The notes beneath the pieces are model-generated. The model was not told where the DNA came from, made no database searches, and saw nothing but the letters and a program-made list of their open reading frames with translations. The position numbers were made by a program, and so were the translations under genes. From Octopus sinensis (taxonomy: Eukaryota), in NCBI RefSeq assembly GCF_006345805.1, contig NC_043018.1, positions 24,924,001-24,988,000 on the forward strand: a stretch of 64,000 bases of DNA, read 5' to 3'. Of the stretch, positions 14,108-27,385 are shown one piece after another (position 1 is the stretch's first letter; each line of letters starts with the position of its first letter).

Positions 14108-14526
14108 CTTATTTCTTTACTGCCCACAAGGGGCTACACACAGAGGGGACAAACAAGGACAGACAAACAGATTAAGTCAATTATATTGACCCCAGTGCGT
14201 AACTGGTACTTATTTAATCAACACCAAAAAGATGAAAGGCAAAGTCGATCTCGGTGGAATTTGAACTCAGAATGTAGCGGCAGATGAAATACCTATTTCT
14301 TTACTACCCACAAGGGGCTACACACTGAGGGAACAAGCAAGGACAGACAAACGGATTAAGTCAGTTATATCGACCCCAGTGTGTAACTGGTACTTATTTA
14401 ATCAACACCAAAAAGATGAAAGGCAAAGTCGATTTCGGCGGAATTTGAACTCAGAACATAGCGGCAGACGAAATACCACTAAGCATTTTTCCCGATGTGC
14501 TAACGTTTCTGCCAGCTCGCCACCTT
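14108..14526 (-). mobile_element. Dimeric SINE family A (alternative tail) with 14-bp TSD
   Basis: aaaataagcacatg at 14094-14107 and 14527-14540; internal period about 183 bp. Confidence 0.88.
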
Positions 14527-14630
14527 AAAATAAGCACATGTTTAGGGCATCAAGGGAAGAGGGCACCACAGAAATTGTAAATAGTTTAAGGCACATTAGA
14601 AATCATTCTAAACTTGCTAAAATTGACATT

Positions 14631-14790
14631 ATTGAGTGTGCCTTTCCAAATGTAGACATCACCTTCCGTACATTTTTAACATGAATGGTCACAAATTGCT
14701 CAGTTACGCATTCATTGTCTCAGCTCAAGTATATTTAAAATCTCATCAAAACAACTGTGCAACAAGGTAGGGTGGATGCTTTATTTTTAC
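14631..14790 (+). mobile_element. hAT transposase C-terminal dimerisation-domain relic
   Basis: Translates IECAFPNVDITFRTFLT*MVTNCSVTHSLSQLKYI*NLIKTTVQQGRVDAL, resembling the hATC motif FPN...LT.PVTNCS.ERSFS.LK.IK. Confidence 0.65.
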
Positions 14791-15110
14791 TAAGAAGAGA
14801 ATTCTGGGGGAGAGGGTTAGTTGATTACATCAACCCCAGTACGTAACTGGTACTTATTTTATCGACCCTAAAAGGTTGAAAGGCAAAGTCGACCTTGTTG
14901 GAATTTGAACTTGCCCGGCATGCCAATGATTCAGCCACCTCACCACCATTATGAAATAACCCTTTCTACTATAGGTACACAAAAGGGGAATAGTCAATTA
15001 CATTGATCCTGAAGGCATGAAAGGAGAAGTTGACGGTAGCAGAATTTGAACTCAGAACATGAAGACAGACAAAACACTGCTTAGTATTTTGCCTGGTGTG
15101 CTATATATAT

Positions 15111-15152
<42 letters not shown>

Positions 15153-15347
15153 TGATTTTTTTCCTCCATCTTCCCTTCCTTGGATCTTTCCTTTTCCTAT
15201 GTTTCTGACAAAGAGCTCCACTCGAAACATTAAATCCTCCTTCTTTCTTTCCTTTCCTGAGCGTCCAATAACACTTGTTCCATGTCCTCACGTTGTTGTG
15301 TTTTCTCTTTGTGTATTCATGTTTGGATTAACTTTATGTATATATAC

Positions 15348-15389
<42 letters not shown>

Positions 15390-15512
15390 TAAAGTAAGCA
15401 CATAAATGTGAAACAAGGTGGGACAAAAATAGTACTCGAATACCAGAGGTAGAGTAATATGATTTATTATTATTAAAGCTGCAAAAACATCACAAAAATT
15501 CACAAAAAAAAA

Positions 15513-15550
15513 CTGCTACTCAGAGTTTCATGTTCCTGTTCGTCAGGCAG
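15513..15550 (-). ncRNA. Minimal type I hammerhead ribozyme motif (PLE-type)
   Basis: CUGC-CUGACGA-aca ggaa cau-GAAA-CUC U GAG-UA-GCAG. Core and stems I and III are intact; stem II has two CpG-type mismatches. Confidence 0.7.
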
Positions 15551-15926
15551 TTTAAACTGTATGACAAATGGTAATGTGAAGGTCTGAGAAGTAGTTTTTT
15601 TGTGTGATATTTTGTGATGTATTTGTAGCTTTAATAATAATAATAAAGTGTATACACACACACCTACATGCATATATACATACACAAAGATATAATATAC
15701 ATACAGAAAGATATGTATGCATAGACATGTAAATACATAGACATACATACACACACCGTTAGCCACTACACACCTTTTTTTCTCTCCTTGTTTTCTCTGT
15801 GTCCCTTTCTGTTGAAGAGCATAGGCTCGAAACGTAAAAAACTTTTTCTATTCCTGAGCGTTATACTAATACATCTGTTGTTTCGTACACCACCTTCGTC
15901 TTTTGTTTTTTTTCGTAAACTCTCCC

Positions 15927-15994
<68 letters not shown>

Positions 15995-16342
15995 CGTTTA
16001 TATATTCCGAAATATAACAATATATATTATATATATATATACATATATAATATATATATATATTATATATATGTAATATATTAATAAATAAAATAAAACA
16101 TATGCATATTTATATAAACATATATGTACGTACCTACCTCTACATGTACATATACACGCATATATGAGTACAGGACACCAAAAGAGGACGTCGAACACAA
16201 TGAAAAACGAAAACTAGACACAAACCAAAGGAACTGGACATTTTTTTTAAAAACAAAAAAAAAAATAGAGTACAGGACAATTAACACAAAGAAAACCCCT
16301 TCTTCAGTCGCTAAAGGTTTCATCTACTCTACGTTTCGAAGG

Positions 16343-16374
<32 letters not shown>

Positions 16375-16448
16375 ATATATATATATATACATACACACAT
16401 ACACACATGTATATACATAGATATGTAATATATGCACACACACACACA

Positions 16449-16489
<41 letters not shown>

Positions 16490-16494
<5 letters not shown>

Positions 16495-16872
16495 GGCACC
16501 CTGTTGGTTACAACGATGAGCATCCCAGTTGATCCAGTCAATGGAACAGCCTGGTCATGAAATTAATGTGCAAGTGGCTGCACTCTGCATACACATGTAC
16601 CCTTAATGTAGTTCTTGGGGAGATTCAGCGTGACACAGAGTGTGACAAGGCTGGCTCTCTTTGAAATACAGGTACAAAAGAAACAGGAAGAAAGAGTGAG
16701 AGAAAGTTGTGATGAAAGAGTACAGCAGGGTTTCCCACCACCCCCTGCTGGAGCCTCATGGCACTTTAGGTGTTTCCACTCAATAAATACTCTCAATGCC
16801 CGGTCTGGGAATCAGAATCACGATCCTACGACCACGAGACCACTGCCCTAACCACTGGGCCATTGTACCTCC
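16490..16872 (-). mobile_element. SINE family C head with a different 3' tail
   Basis: Head matches 43183, but after ...ctttctctcactctttc the sequence switches to ...tgtacctgtatttcaaag...caactggga...cgttgtaacc. Confidence 0.85.
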
Positions 16873-17071
16873 ACTTATATATATATGTATATATATATAT
16901 ATATAATGATATATATAATATATAGATATATATATATAATACATACATACACATTCACACTCATACATATGTATGTATAGATATATAAATACATACACAC
17001 ACATACATACAACATATATATGCGTAGATATATAATATATATGCAAACATATGTGCATATACATGTATATA

Positions 17072-17113
<42 letters not shown>

Positions 17114-17114
17114 A

Positions 17115-17163
<49 letters not shown>

Positions 17164-17235
17164 TAGAGAAAGAGAGAGAATTTACAAAAAAAAACAAACG
17201 ATGAAGATGGGTGTGTAAACAAGAAACAGATATGC

Positions 17236-17279
<44 letters not shown>

Positions 17280-17555
17280 ATATATATATAAGCATGCATA
17301 TATATATATACAAGCATACATATGCATATATGCATATATATACATATATACATATATATATATATACACATATATATAAATGCATATATATGTACATATA
17401 TACATATATGCATATATATATATGTGCATATATATATATATATATATATATTTAAACACAAACATATAGACACAAACATTAATTTTTTCAGTTACAAATA
17501 CCAAGTATATATTTATTTATTTACTTATTTCTATGCACGTGTGTATGTGTGTATA

Positions 17556-17589
<34 letters not shown>

Positions 17590-18268
17590 TAGTTTATGAT
17601 TCATATCTTTGAAAGCATTTGTTCATGAAAAGAGGCCAACTTCAGTGTAAATTACAATACTGATGACAGTTGTGTTATTGAGAATGGTTGAACAGTCTTT
17701 GGAATTGGTTGGACATGATGAGAATGCAGAGCTGAGGAGGAGAGGTAGCTAAAGAGGAAGGAGAGAAAGGGGTGGGGTGGATGAGGGTGGGTGAAGTGAA
17801 ACAACCATCTTGAAGAAAGAACAACTTGTGAAAAGACTGAATATGCAAAACAAGCAGGCAATTTTTTAATATAAAGTAGCTGCAAACACACACATGTATT
17901 TATATATATTAATATTATATATATATATAATATATATATATATACACATCATCATTGTTAATGTCCGCCTTCCATGCTGGAATGGGTGGGATGGTTTTAC
18001 AAGAGCCAGCCAGACAGAATCCAGCCTCAGACTTCTGTGACTGTTTTGGCAAGATTTTTACAGCTGGATGCCCTTCCTAACACCAACCACTCAGCAGAGT
18101 GGACTTGGTGCTTTTTACATGGCACAAGCACAGGCAAGGTCAGTTTTGGCAAGGTTTTTACAGCTGGATACCCTTCCAAATGCCAACCACTTCACAGTGT
18201 GGACTGGGTGCTTTTAAGTGAAACCTGCACTGACAGGATCACCAAGTACTTGCAAACAATATATATAT

Positions 18269-18300
<32 letters not shown>

Positions 18301-18302
18301 AA

Positions 18303-18715
18303 AGGTGGCAGGAGTGCTGTGTGGTAAGTAGCTTGCTTACCAACCACATGGTTCCGGTTTCAGTCCCACTGCGTGGCACCTTGGGCAAGTGTCTTCTGCT
18401 ATAACCTCGGGCTGTCCAAAGCCTTGTAAGTGGATTTGGTAGACGGAAACTGAAAGAAGCCCATCGTATATATTTATATATATGTGTGTGTGTGTGCGTT
18501 TGTGTGTCTGTGTTTGTCCCCCCAACATCGCTTGACAACTGATGCTGGTGTGTTTACGTCCCTGTAACCTAGCAGTTTGACAAAAGACACCGATGGAGGA
18601 AGTACTAAGCTTACAAAGAATAAGTCATGGGGTCAATTTGCTCAACTAAAGGCGGTGCTTCAGCATGGCCACAGTCAAATGACTGAAACAAGTAATGGAA
18701 AGAAGGAAAAAAAGA
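18303..18715 (+). mobile_element. SINE family B, full length
   Basis: Same consensus; inserted after (TA)n. Confidence 0.85.
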
Positions 18716-19427
18716 GACTGATCAAGAAAAAACATTTTTCAAATGTTTGTATGAAGATTTAAAGGAATTCAATATAAGAGGATGTACAGAGGTATAACGG
18801 TCAGTGTGTATACATATGCACCACACACGTATGGACACCAATGTTTCCACATCAACTGTGATGTGATGAGATGCAACGAGAATTTTTCAATCTACAAAGA
18901 AAGCATACTCTACACATACACACACATATAAACATATATCTATATACATACACATATACACTTCTAAACATCACCATTCTGGCTTCAAACTACTTTCAAG
19001 AAACTACAAAACATTTTAAACCTTGTTTACTTATTTGTTTATTTATATATTTTGATATGATTTTATTTATTTATTCAAAATTGTTTTAGGCTTTTGTATT
19101 TTTATTTATTTATGTTTTTTTGGGGGTTTGTTTTATGTACACATTACTTACAATAAGTACATTTTGGAGCCAGGAAAAATACAATTTATCAAAAAACAAC
19201 CATTGATGATGGTGATGAATGTGATGGTGGTGGTGATTTCACACCACACACACACACACAGATGTGTATATCTATATGTGTGCATATGTATCTATATATA
19301 ATATAAATATATATAATATATATATACATATACATACATACATATCTACATATGTGTATGTAATATGTGTGTGTATATATATATACAATATACATACTAC
19401 ATATGTGTATGCATATATGTGTTATAT

Positions 19428-19473
<46 letters not shown>

Positions 19474-21856
19474 CATATCTACATATGTGTATGTATATAT
19501 GTGTGTGTGTATATATATATATATATATAACACACACCAACACTCTTAATGAAGCTTTGTGAAAGAACTCACCGATGCTGAGTGGTTGATATTAACCCAA
19601 ATACATTTATATCTTCAGATCTAAAGGACTTCCATGGTGCCTTCCCTGGCACCCCACTGCCTCCTCCTCACCTCCAACACCACCTCTTCCTCCTCCAACA
19701 CCACCACCACCACCTTACCTGTCTTCATGACCAAGAAGACACAAACACAATGAATTATTGAACTCAGACTTGTTCTAGTGGTTTAAGTAGCAAAACACAT
19801 CAACTAGCAACGCTTCAGATCTATTAGACTAAGCACCCAGCAACCTCTTCCTTTAAGGTTACATTTGCACTTAAATTCGGGGTAGAACCTCGTCTGCAGC
19901 AAAACAAGGGAAATAACTCCTGTAGCATATTACTGCAACGATCATAATTTTTACGCGTGTTTTGTGCCTCTCTTTTTAGCTTTTACTGGTTTCAGTCATT
20001 GGACTGCAGCCATGCAGGGGCACCACCATGATGGGCCTGGATGAACAAATTTACCATTTTACTGCAGTACTCTCCTTTCATTTTCAAAGGCTGGTACCTA
20101 TTCTATAGGTCTGTTTTTGCTGAACTGCTAAGTTACAGATGTACACAAAGCAACAATGGTTTTCAAACGATGAGTAATGGGAACACACACACACATTCTT
20201 TTATTCTTTTACTTGATTCAGTCATTTGATTACAGCCATGCTGGAGCACAGCCTTAAAGGGTTTTAGCCGAAGCAATTGACCCCAGGACTTATTCTTTGT
20301 AAGCCTAGTACTTATTCTATTGGTAACTTTTGCTGAACCACTAAGTTACAGAGATGTAAACACACCAACATTGGTTGTCAAGCAATGGTGGAGGGACAAA
20401 AACAGACACACAAACATATATATATATATATATACAACAGGCTTCTTTCAGTTTCCGCCTACCAAATCCACTCACTATGGTAGAAGCTATAGTAGAAGAC
20501 ACTTACCCAAGGTGCCACGCAGTGGGACTGAACCCACAACCTTATGGTTGGGAAGCAAGCTTCTTACCACACAGCTATGCCTGCACCTGGTTTCCTTACA
20601 ATTTCCACCAACTAAATTCACTCACAAAAAGTTGATTGGCCTGGAAGTTACAATAAAAGATATTTATCTAAGGTGCTGTGGAGTGAGACTGAACCTGAAA
20701 CCACATGATTGAGAAATGAACTTCTAAACCACACCACATAGCAGATACACACACACATACACACACAAACAAACAACATAGACACCACAACCACCACTAC
20801 TACCAACACTACTACTACCTCTTGTACCACCATCACCACCACCACCACCATCACCACCAAAAACAACAACAACAACACCAACAATAACAACAACAACATC
20901 AACTAGTCTCTAGAATCCATTAAAATCAACTCTTCTAGCAAATTCCTGTACCGTTTCCTTAGACCCAGCCATTCTTCTACATTATCTTCATAGCTAATTG
21001 TCTTTTGCTTACAGCTGTGTGAGTTTCTGGTGTGGCTGGGGTAATTGGAGGAGACCCCCACCGCCCCCCAAACTCCTCACACAGCCCAGGGGCCAGAAGG
21101 GTGTTTAGTAGGGGTGAGTTTGTTTCTAGATGTATTCAGCTGTGTGTTTGAGTGTGTGTGCGTGTGTGTGTGTGTGTGCATGTGTGTGTGTGTGTGTGCA
21201 TGTGTGTGTGTGTGTGTGCATGTGTGTGTGTGCATGCATGTGTGTGCGTGGTGTGTGTGTGTGTGTGTATAGTGTAGCGTTTGTGTGCGTATATTTATGT
21301 AGTATACCTGTGTGTGTGAGAGCATTTCGCATTTCTGTATGTGTGTATGTGTATGTGCTTGTATGTGTGAAGTGTGTGTATGTATTTGCATGCATATGGG
21401 TATATATTTGTGTATATTTGTTTTTTTCTGTGTGTGTATGTGTTTGTGTCTGTATTGTGTGTATGTATATATGCATGTGTGTGTGTGTGTATTTTTATGC
21501 ATGTGTGTGTGTGTGCATGTATAGTATGTGTATAATATGCTGAACCTTTTCATTACTCCTCTACCACCACCACCACTTAACCTCCACCATCATCGTCATC
21601 ATTAACAACAGCAACATTAACCCAAAATAATGCATTCACCTTTACATGATTGCTTGACCTTCTGGAAGCAACAGCCAAATTGCCCTCCAACTGTTTTCCA
21701 ACAAGTATTACAATAACAGCAACACTATTAATACTGATTTCAAATTTTAGCACAAGGCCAGCAATTTCAGGGTGAAGAGGATTAGTCAATTACATCAACC
21801 CCACATTATTTACATTATTTACAATTGACGAATATTTGTCCTCATCTTGTTTGTTG

Positions 21857-21905
21857 TTAACATAACGTTTCGGCTGGTATACCCTCCAGCCTTCATCAGG
21901 TGTCT
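21857..21905 (-). ncRNA. Type I hammerhead ribozyme motif (PLE-type)
   Basis: gacac-CUGAUGA-a-GGCUGG agggUaUa CCAGCC-GAAAC-GUU-auguu. Stem II is 6 bp, stem III is the palindrome ACGU, and stem I has 4 of 5 pairs. Confidence 0.75.
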
Positions 21906-22059
21906 TAGGGAAATTTCGAACCTAAGGTAGTTTTTGATGTTGTTATTATTATTATTATTCAGATCACTGCTTGGAATTGAACTTGGAATCTCGGGATTAG
22001 TAGCTCATGCTCTTAACCACTATGCCATATGCCCATGGGCATATAATGATAATAATTTC

Positions 22060-22500
22060 AAACTTAGGCACAAGGCCAACAATTTTGGGGGAAGCAGTAA
22101 GCTGATTACACTGACCCCACTAATCAACTGATACTTATTTATTGACCCCCAAAAGGTTAAAAGGCAAAGTCGACCTTGACAGAATTTGAACTCAGAACAC
22201 AAGGACAGACAAAACGCCACTAAGCATTTTTCCCAGGTGTGCTAATGATTCTGCCATCTCCCCACCTTACAAATAATAATAATAATAATAATTACAAATT
22301 TAGGAACAAGGCCAGCAATTTTGGGGCTAAGGAGTGAGTTGACTCTATTGACCTCAGTGTTTCACTGGTACTTAATTTATCGACCCTGAAAGGATGAAAG
22401 GAAAAGTTGATCTTGGTGGAATTTGAACTCAGAATGTAAAGGCAAATGAAATGCTGCTAAGCCTGGCATTGCTAACCATTCCGCCAGCTCACTGACTTTA
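22060..22500 (-). mobile_element. Two tandem SINE family A copies
   Basis: Family A consensus twice, separated by (TAA)n. Confidence 0.8.
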
Positions 22501-23056
22501 CTCCATAATCATCGTTAGCAACAAGAGCAACATCTGTACATAACAACAACAAGAACAATGGTACTACACTACAAAAACAACCCGTAACAGCAATAACACC
22601 AACATATGATAACCACATCTGTGCTTAACAATAACAACAACATCAACATCTGTACATAACACACACACACCATGAGAAAACAAAAGAGTGAAATAAAACC
22701 CCATCAAGACACTTTCCAAAGCACAACCAATATTACTTCCTGGCAGTTATTTCCTGTGTCAGAGAGAGAGAGACAGAGACAGAGACGGGGAGGGGGCATA
22801 AGGAGGGTGAGGGGGGGAAAAGGGGAGAATGTGTGGAGGGCACATTCTCTAGGACTCCCTAACGTCCCTTCACCTTAACGAAGGGCATTCTTCAGTATGA
22901 TATACAAGGAACTATGTGTTGTGGCACTCATGTGAGGGAATGGATGGTGTGGAAGACAAAATAGACTAAACATGAGCATATACACACACACACACACACA
23001 CTTATACATACATATATATGTGTATATACATATATACATATTTGTAAATATATAAA

Positions 23057-23097
<41 letters not shown>

Positions 23098-23182
23098 GTA
23101 TGTGTGTGTGTATATATATATATATATTTATTTATGTATGTGTGTGTATATATATATACATATATGTATGTGTGTGTGTGTG

Positions 23183-23262
<80 letters not shown>

Positions 23263-24239
23263 TGATAGATGTAGGTGCAGGTGTACTTAAGAAGTTTACT
23301 TCCCAACTATGTGGTTTCAAGTTCAGTCCCAATCTGTGACACCTTAGTCAAGTGTTTACTACTACTACTACTACTACTACTGTAGCCCTAGGTCAAATAA
23401 AGCCTTGTAAGTGGATCTAACAGAGAGAAACTGAATCACTGGGCAAAACAAAATATATTTTATTGGACTAACAGACTATGGGGTTGAAATATTTTATGTG
23501 TGTGTGTGTGTGTGTATGTGTTTGTGTCTCCGTGTTTGGACATCATGTGATGGTTGCAAATGACTGTCATCGTCATCATCATATAAGCAATGTCATTCAC
23601 TTCCAATATTCTGTGAAAAAATATCTGGCCATGGAAACTGGTGAGCGTCAGCAAGAGGAAGGGCATCCAGCCATGATCTGGCTTGATAAACTCTGTCTGA
23701 CCTGTGCAAGCATGGAAAAGTGGCCCTTGCTGGTGTTTCTTTATACCATTATCTTCATCATATACTGACTGTTTTCCAAGGGTTGGATGATTTAACAGGA
23801 ACTGGCAAGCTAGAGGACTGCACCATGTGCTACCATTTGTTTCCATGGCATGGTTCCTAGGGTTAGATGTTTTCTTAATGGTTCCTTCATCTGTTTCCAA
23901 GCAAGGTAATATTTCCCACATCAAAGATCCCCATCAGTCATGAATGACCAGGGAATTGCACCCAGAAAGTTCCTCTCCGAGTTATGAGTCTGGGCAAGGT
24001 TATTTATGGAAGACCAGCAGTCACCCATGCATACCAGCCACCCCTCTCCTTGCTACCAATGTTGTCCAAGGGAAAGACAAAGGCCAATGCAGCTTGGCAC
24101 CAGTGACATCGCAACTCATTTCTACAGCTGAGTGAACTGGAGCAATGTGAAATAAAGTGTCTTGCTCAAGGACACAACACACTGCCCGGTCCGGGAATCG
24201 AACTCATTACCTCATGATTGTGAGCCTGATGCTCTAACC

Positions 24240-24418
24240 CAGTGCTTTTCAAACTTTTTGCTGGAGCGGAACCCTAAGGAAACATTCCACTGACTCGAGG
24301 AATCCCTGTGCAATAATTTAATAGTCTTATGCACACATATCTGCACAGGAGAATTAAAAATTACTGCCAATTTTAGCAGTTTTGTAACTTCTTGCAGAAC
24401 CCTGGTTGAAAACCACTG
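24240..24418. mobile_element. hAT-type MITE with 8-bp TSD
   Basis: Ends are CAGTGcttttcaa...ttgaaaacCACTG. CTCTAACC is duplicated at 24232-24239 and 24419-24426. It interrupts a SINE head. Confidence 0.9.
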
Positions 24419-24647
24419 CTCTAACCACTAAGCCATGTGCCTGTGTCATTCCTCCCACGGTCAGACCACTTCTCACAGAATATTGGGAATGGGTCACAGA
24501 TGACTGCATCAAGCTACTCCACCTGCTTTGGCAGGGTTTCTATGGTTGAACGCCCTTCCTATTGTCAGCCATATTCCAGAGTGTAAATTGCATGAGTGTG
24601 CGAGATGGTATGTGTGTGTGTGTATGATGGTATGAAGGCGTCGAGCT

Positions 24648-24878
24648 GGAGCTGGCAGAAACGTTAACACGCCGGGTGAAATGCATAGCCGTATTTTGTC
24701 TGCCATTACGTTCTGAGTTCAAATTCTGCCGAGGTCGACTTTGCCTTTCATCCTTTCGGGGTCGATAAATAAAGTACCAGTTACACACTGGGATCGATGT
24801 AATCAACTTAATACCTATGTCTGTCCTTGTTTGTCCCCTCTATGTTTAGCCCCTTGTGGGTAATAAAGAAATAGGTAT
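24648..24878 (+). mobile_element. SINE family A (alternative tail)
   Basis: gagctggcagaaacgttaacacgccgggtgaaatgc...ccttgtgggtaataaagaaatagg. Confidence 0.85.
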
Positions 24879-24884
24879 GGGTGC

Positions 24885-25133
24885 CTTTTACATAGCGCCA
24901 GCACCTACGAGACTGCAAGATTAGGGATGCTCAGCTGGAGACGGTTTGCAAGGGATGAGCCTGTATGCAAGGGCACCACATGCTTTTACTTAGCTTGACA
25001 TGTCTTTTCAAGCAAATTGCCAGGAGTCTCGGTCCCATGTCATCCCCTCTGTGAGTCCAAACATCTGTAGATCCATTCTCACCACATCATCCCATGTCTT
25101 CCTGGGTCTACCCCTTCCACATTTTCCCTCTGC

Positions 25134-25135
<2 letters not shown>
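24885..25135 (-). mobile_element. RTE-clade LINE fragment (end of RT ORF plus 3' UTR)
   Basis: [41 protein letters not shown] is the GRxRGRPxxTW C-terminal motif of RTE ORFs. Confidence 0.85.
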
Positions 25136-25177
<42 letters not shown>

Positions 25178-25248
25178 ATATGTATATATATATATATGTG
25201 TGTATATGTGTATATATATATATATACACACACACATACATATACACA

Positions 25249-25288
<40 letters not shown>

Positions 25289-25879
25289 CACACACACATA
25301 TATATAGATATATATATAAAATACAAAATGGGACAAGAACGCAAAACATCCGGACATATATATACATATATACATACATACATCTATATATATAATATAT
25401 TATATATATATATATACACATACATATATATATATACATACATATGCACATACATATATATATACATACATATGCACACACATATATATATACACACACA
25501 CACAGTTCTAATATAAAAGCAAATCTGTAATACACTTCTGAATTCCTGGCAAAATGGCAGAGGTACCAGTAAGACTACAGTTTTCGGTTTGTTAGCTGAT
25601 GTCAGGCTTCAGTGAACTTCACCCACAACACTGAGGAAATGGTAAGGAATGGTGAGGAATGGCAGTCTCAGAGCTCTGGGAAAGAAGATGTTGATTAGCT
25701 TCCACATCGTTAAAATAATTTCTACATAGGTGCTAATGAAATAACTTAAAAATTTTCTTCGCACCAAAGCTAATATGGAATCACACACATACACATATAT
25801 ACTTATATATATGCTACTCACATACATAAATATATATATATATTTATATATATACACACATATGCATACATAGACACAG

Positions 25880-26033
25880 GCATGTCTGTGTGGTAAGAAG
25901 CTTAGTTCCCAACCAACCACAGGGTTCTGGGTTCAGTCCAGTGGTACCTTGGGCTGGTGTCTTCTACTACAGCCTTGGGCCCACCAAATACCTTGTGAGT
26001 GCATTTGGTAGATAGAAACTGGAAGAAGTCCAT

Positions 26034-26086
<53 letters not shown>

Positions 26087-26375
26087 TATATGTATATATT
26101 TGTGTATGCGTGTGTGTCTGTGTTTGTCCCCCTACCATCACCTGACAATTGATGCTGGTGTGTTTATGTCCCTGTAACTTAGTGGTTCAGCAAAAGAGAC
26201 TGATAGAATAAGTACTAGGCTTACAAAGAATAAGTCCTTGGGTTGATTTCTTCAACTAACACCCTTTAAGGTAGTGCTCCAGCATGGCTGCAGTCAAATG
26301 ACAGAAACAAGTAAAAGAATACATAAATACATACAAACCAGCATGGTAAACGAACGTTATATGATGATGACAATG

Positions 26376-26416
<41 letters not shown>

Positions 26417-26651
26417 GATATATACACATATATACATACACACACCTATATATAGATATATATATAGATGCAGGAGTGGCCATATAGGTGCAAGAGTTGC
26501 TTTGTGGTAAGAAGCTTGCTTCCCAACCACATGATACCGGATTCAGTTCCACTGCATGGCACCTTGAGCAAATGTCTTCTACTAAAGCCTTGGGCCAACC
26601 AAAGCCTTGTGAGTGGAGTTGATAGGCAGAAACTGAAAGAAGCCCGTCCTA

Positions 26652-26686
<35 letters not shown>

Positions 26687-26895
26687 GTGCAGCTGTGTTT
26701 CCACCCACCTCCCCATCATGACTTGACAACTGGTGTTGGTGTGTTTACGTCCCAGTAACTTAGCAGTTTGGTAACAGGGATGGATAGAATAAATATCAAG
26801 CTTAAAAAAATAAGTCCTGGGTTCAATTCATTTGTCAAAAACTTTCAAGCTGGTGCCCCAGTATGGCCACAGTCTAATGACTGAAACAGGATAAA
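25880..26895 (+). mobile_element. Two tandem SINE family B copies (about 25880-26320 and 26470-26895)
   Basis: Two head-to-tail copies separated by (CA)n/(TA)n. Confidence 0.8.
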
Positions 26896-26929
26896 AGATA
26901 TGTAAATATAGAGGAGGGTGAGTCACAGT

Positions 26930-27385
26930 CATGATGATGATCATCATCATCGTGACAATTATGAGGACAATCATGATGACACGATGATAACAATTGTGAT
27001 GATGAAGATGAGGAGGAGGATGAAAATGAGGATGTTGATGAGGATGAAAATGTTGATGAGGATGAAGAAGAGGAAGAGAAGGAGGATGAAAATGTTGATG
27101 AGGATGAGGAGGAAATAATGAGGAGGAGGAGGATGAAAATGAATGGTGAGGAAGATGATGGAAATGATGATGATAATGAGGCGGAGGAGGAAAATGATGA
27201 TGATGAGGAAAACGATGATGATGACGATGATGATGGTGATGATGAGGAAGAGGAGGAAAATGATAATGATGATGAGAATGAAAATGAAGATGATGATGAT
27301 GATGATGACAATGATGATGGTGATGAGGAGGAGGAGCAAAGGGATGAAAATGATGATGATGATGACGATGATGATGATGATAGCT
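26930..27385. repeat. (GAT/GAG)n trinucleotide low-complexity tract
   Basis: Seen directly. Confidence 0.9.

Noticed and set aside
19573-19620. 48-nt segment with ag| and |gtgagt on the minus strand
   Set aside because: It has a weak polypyrimidine tract, a stop codon in the phase required after the 74-nt exon, and no cN-II similarity.
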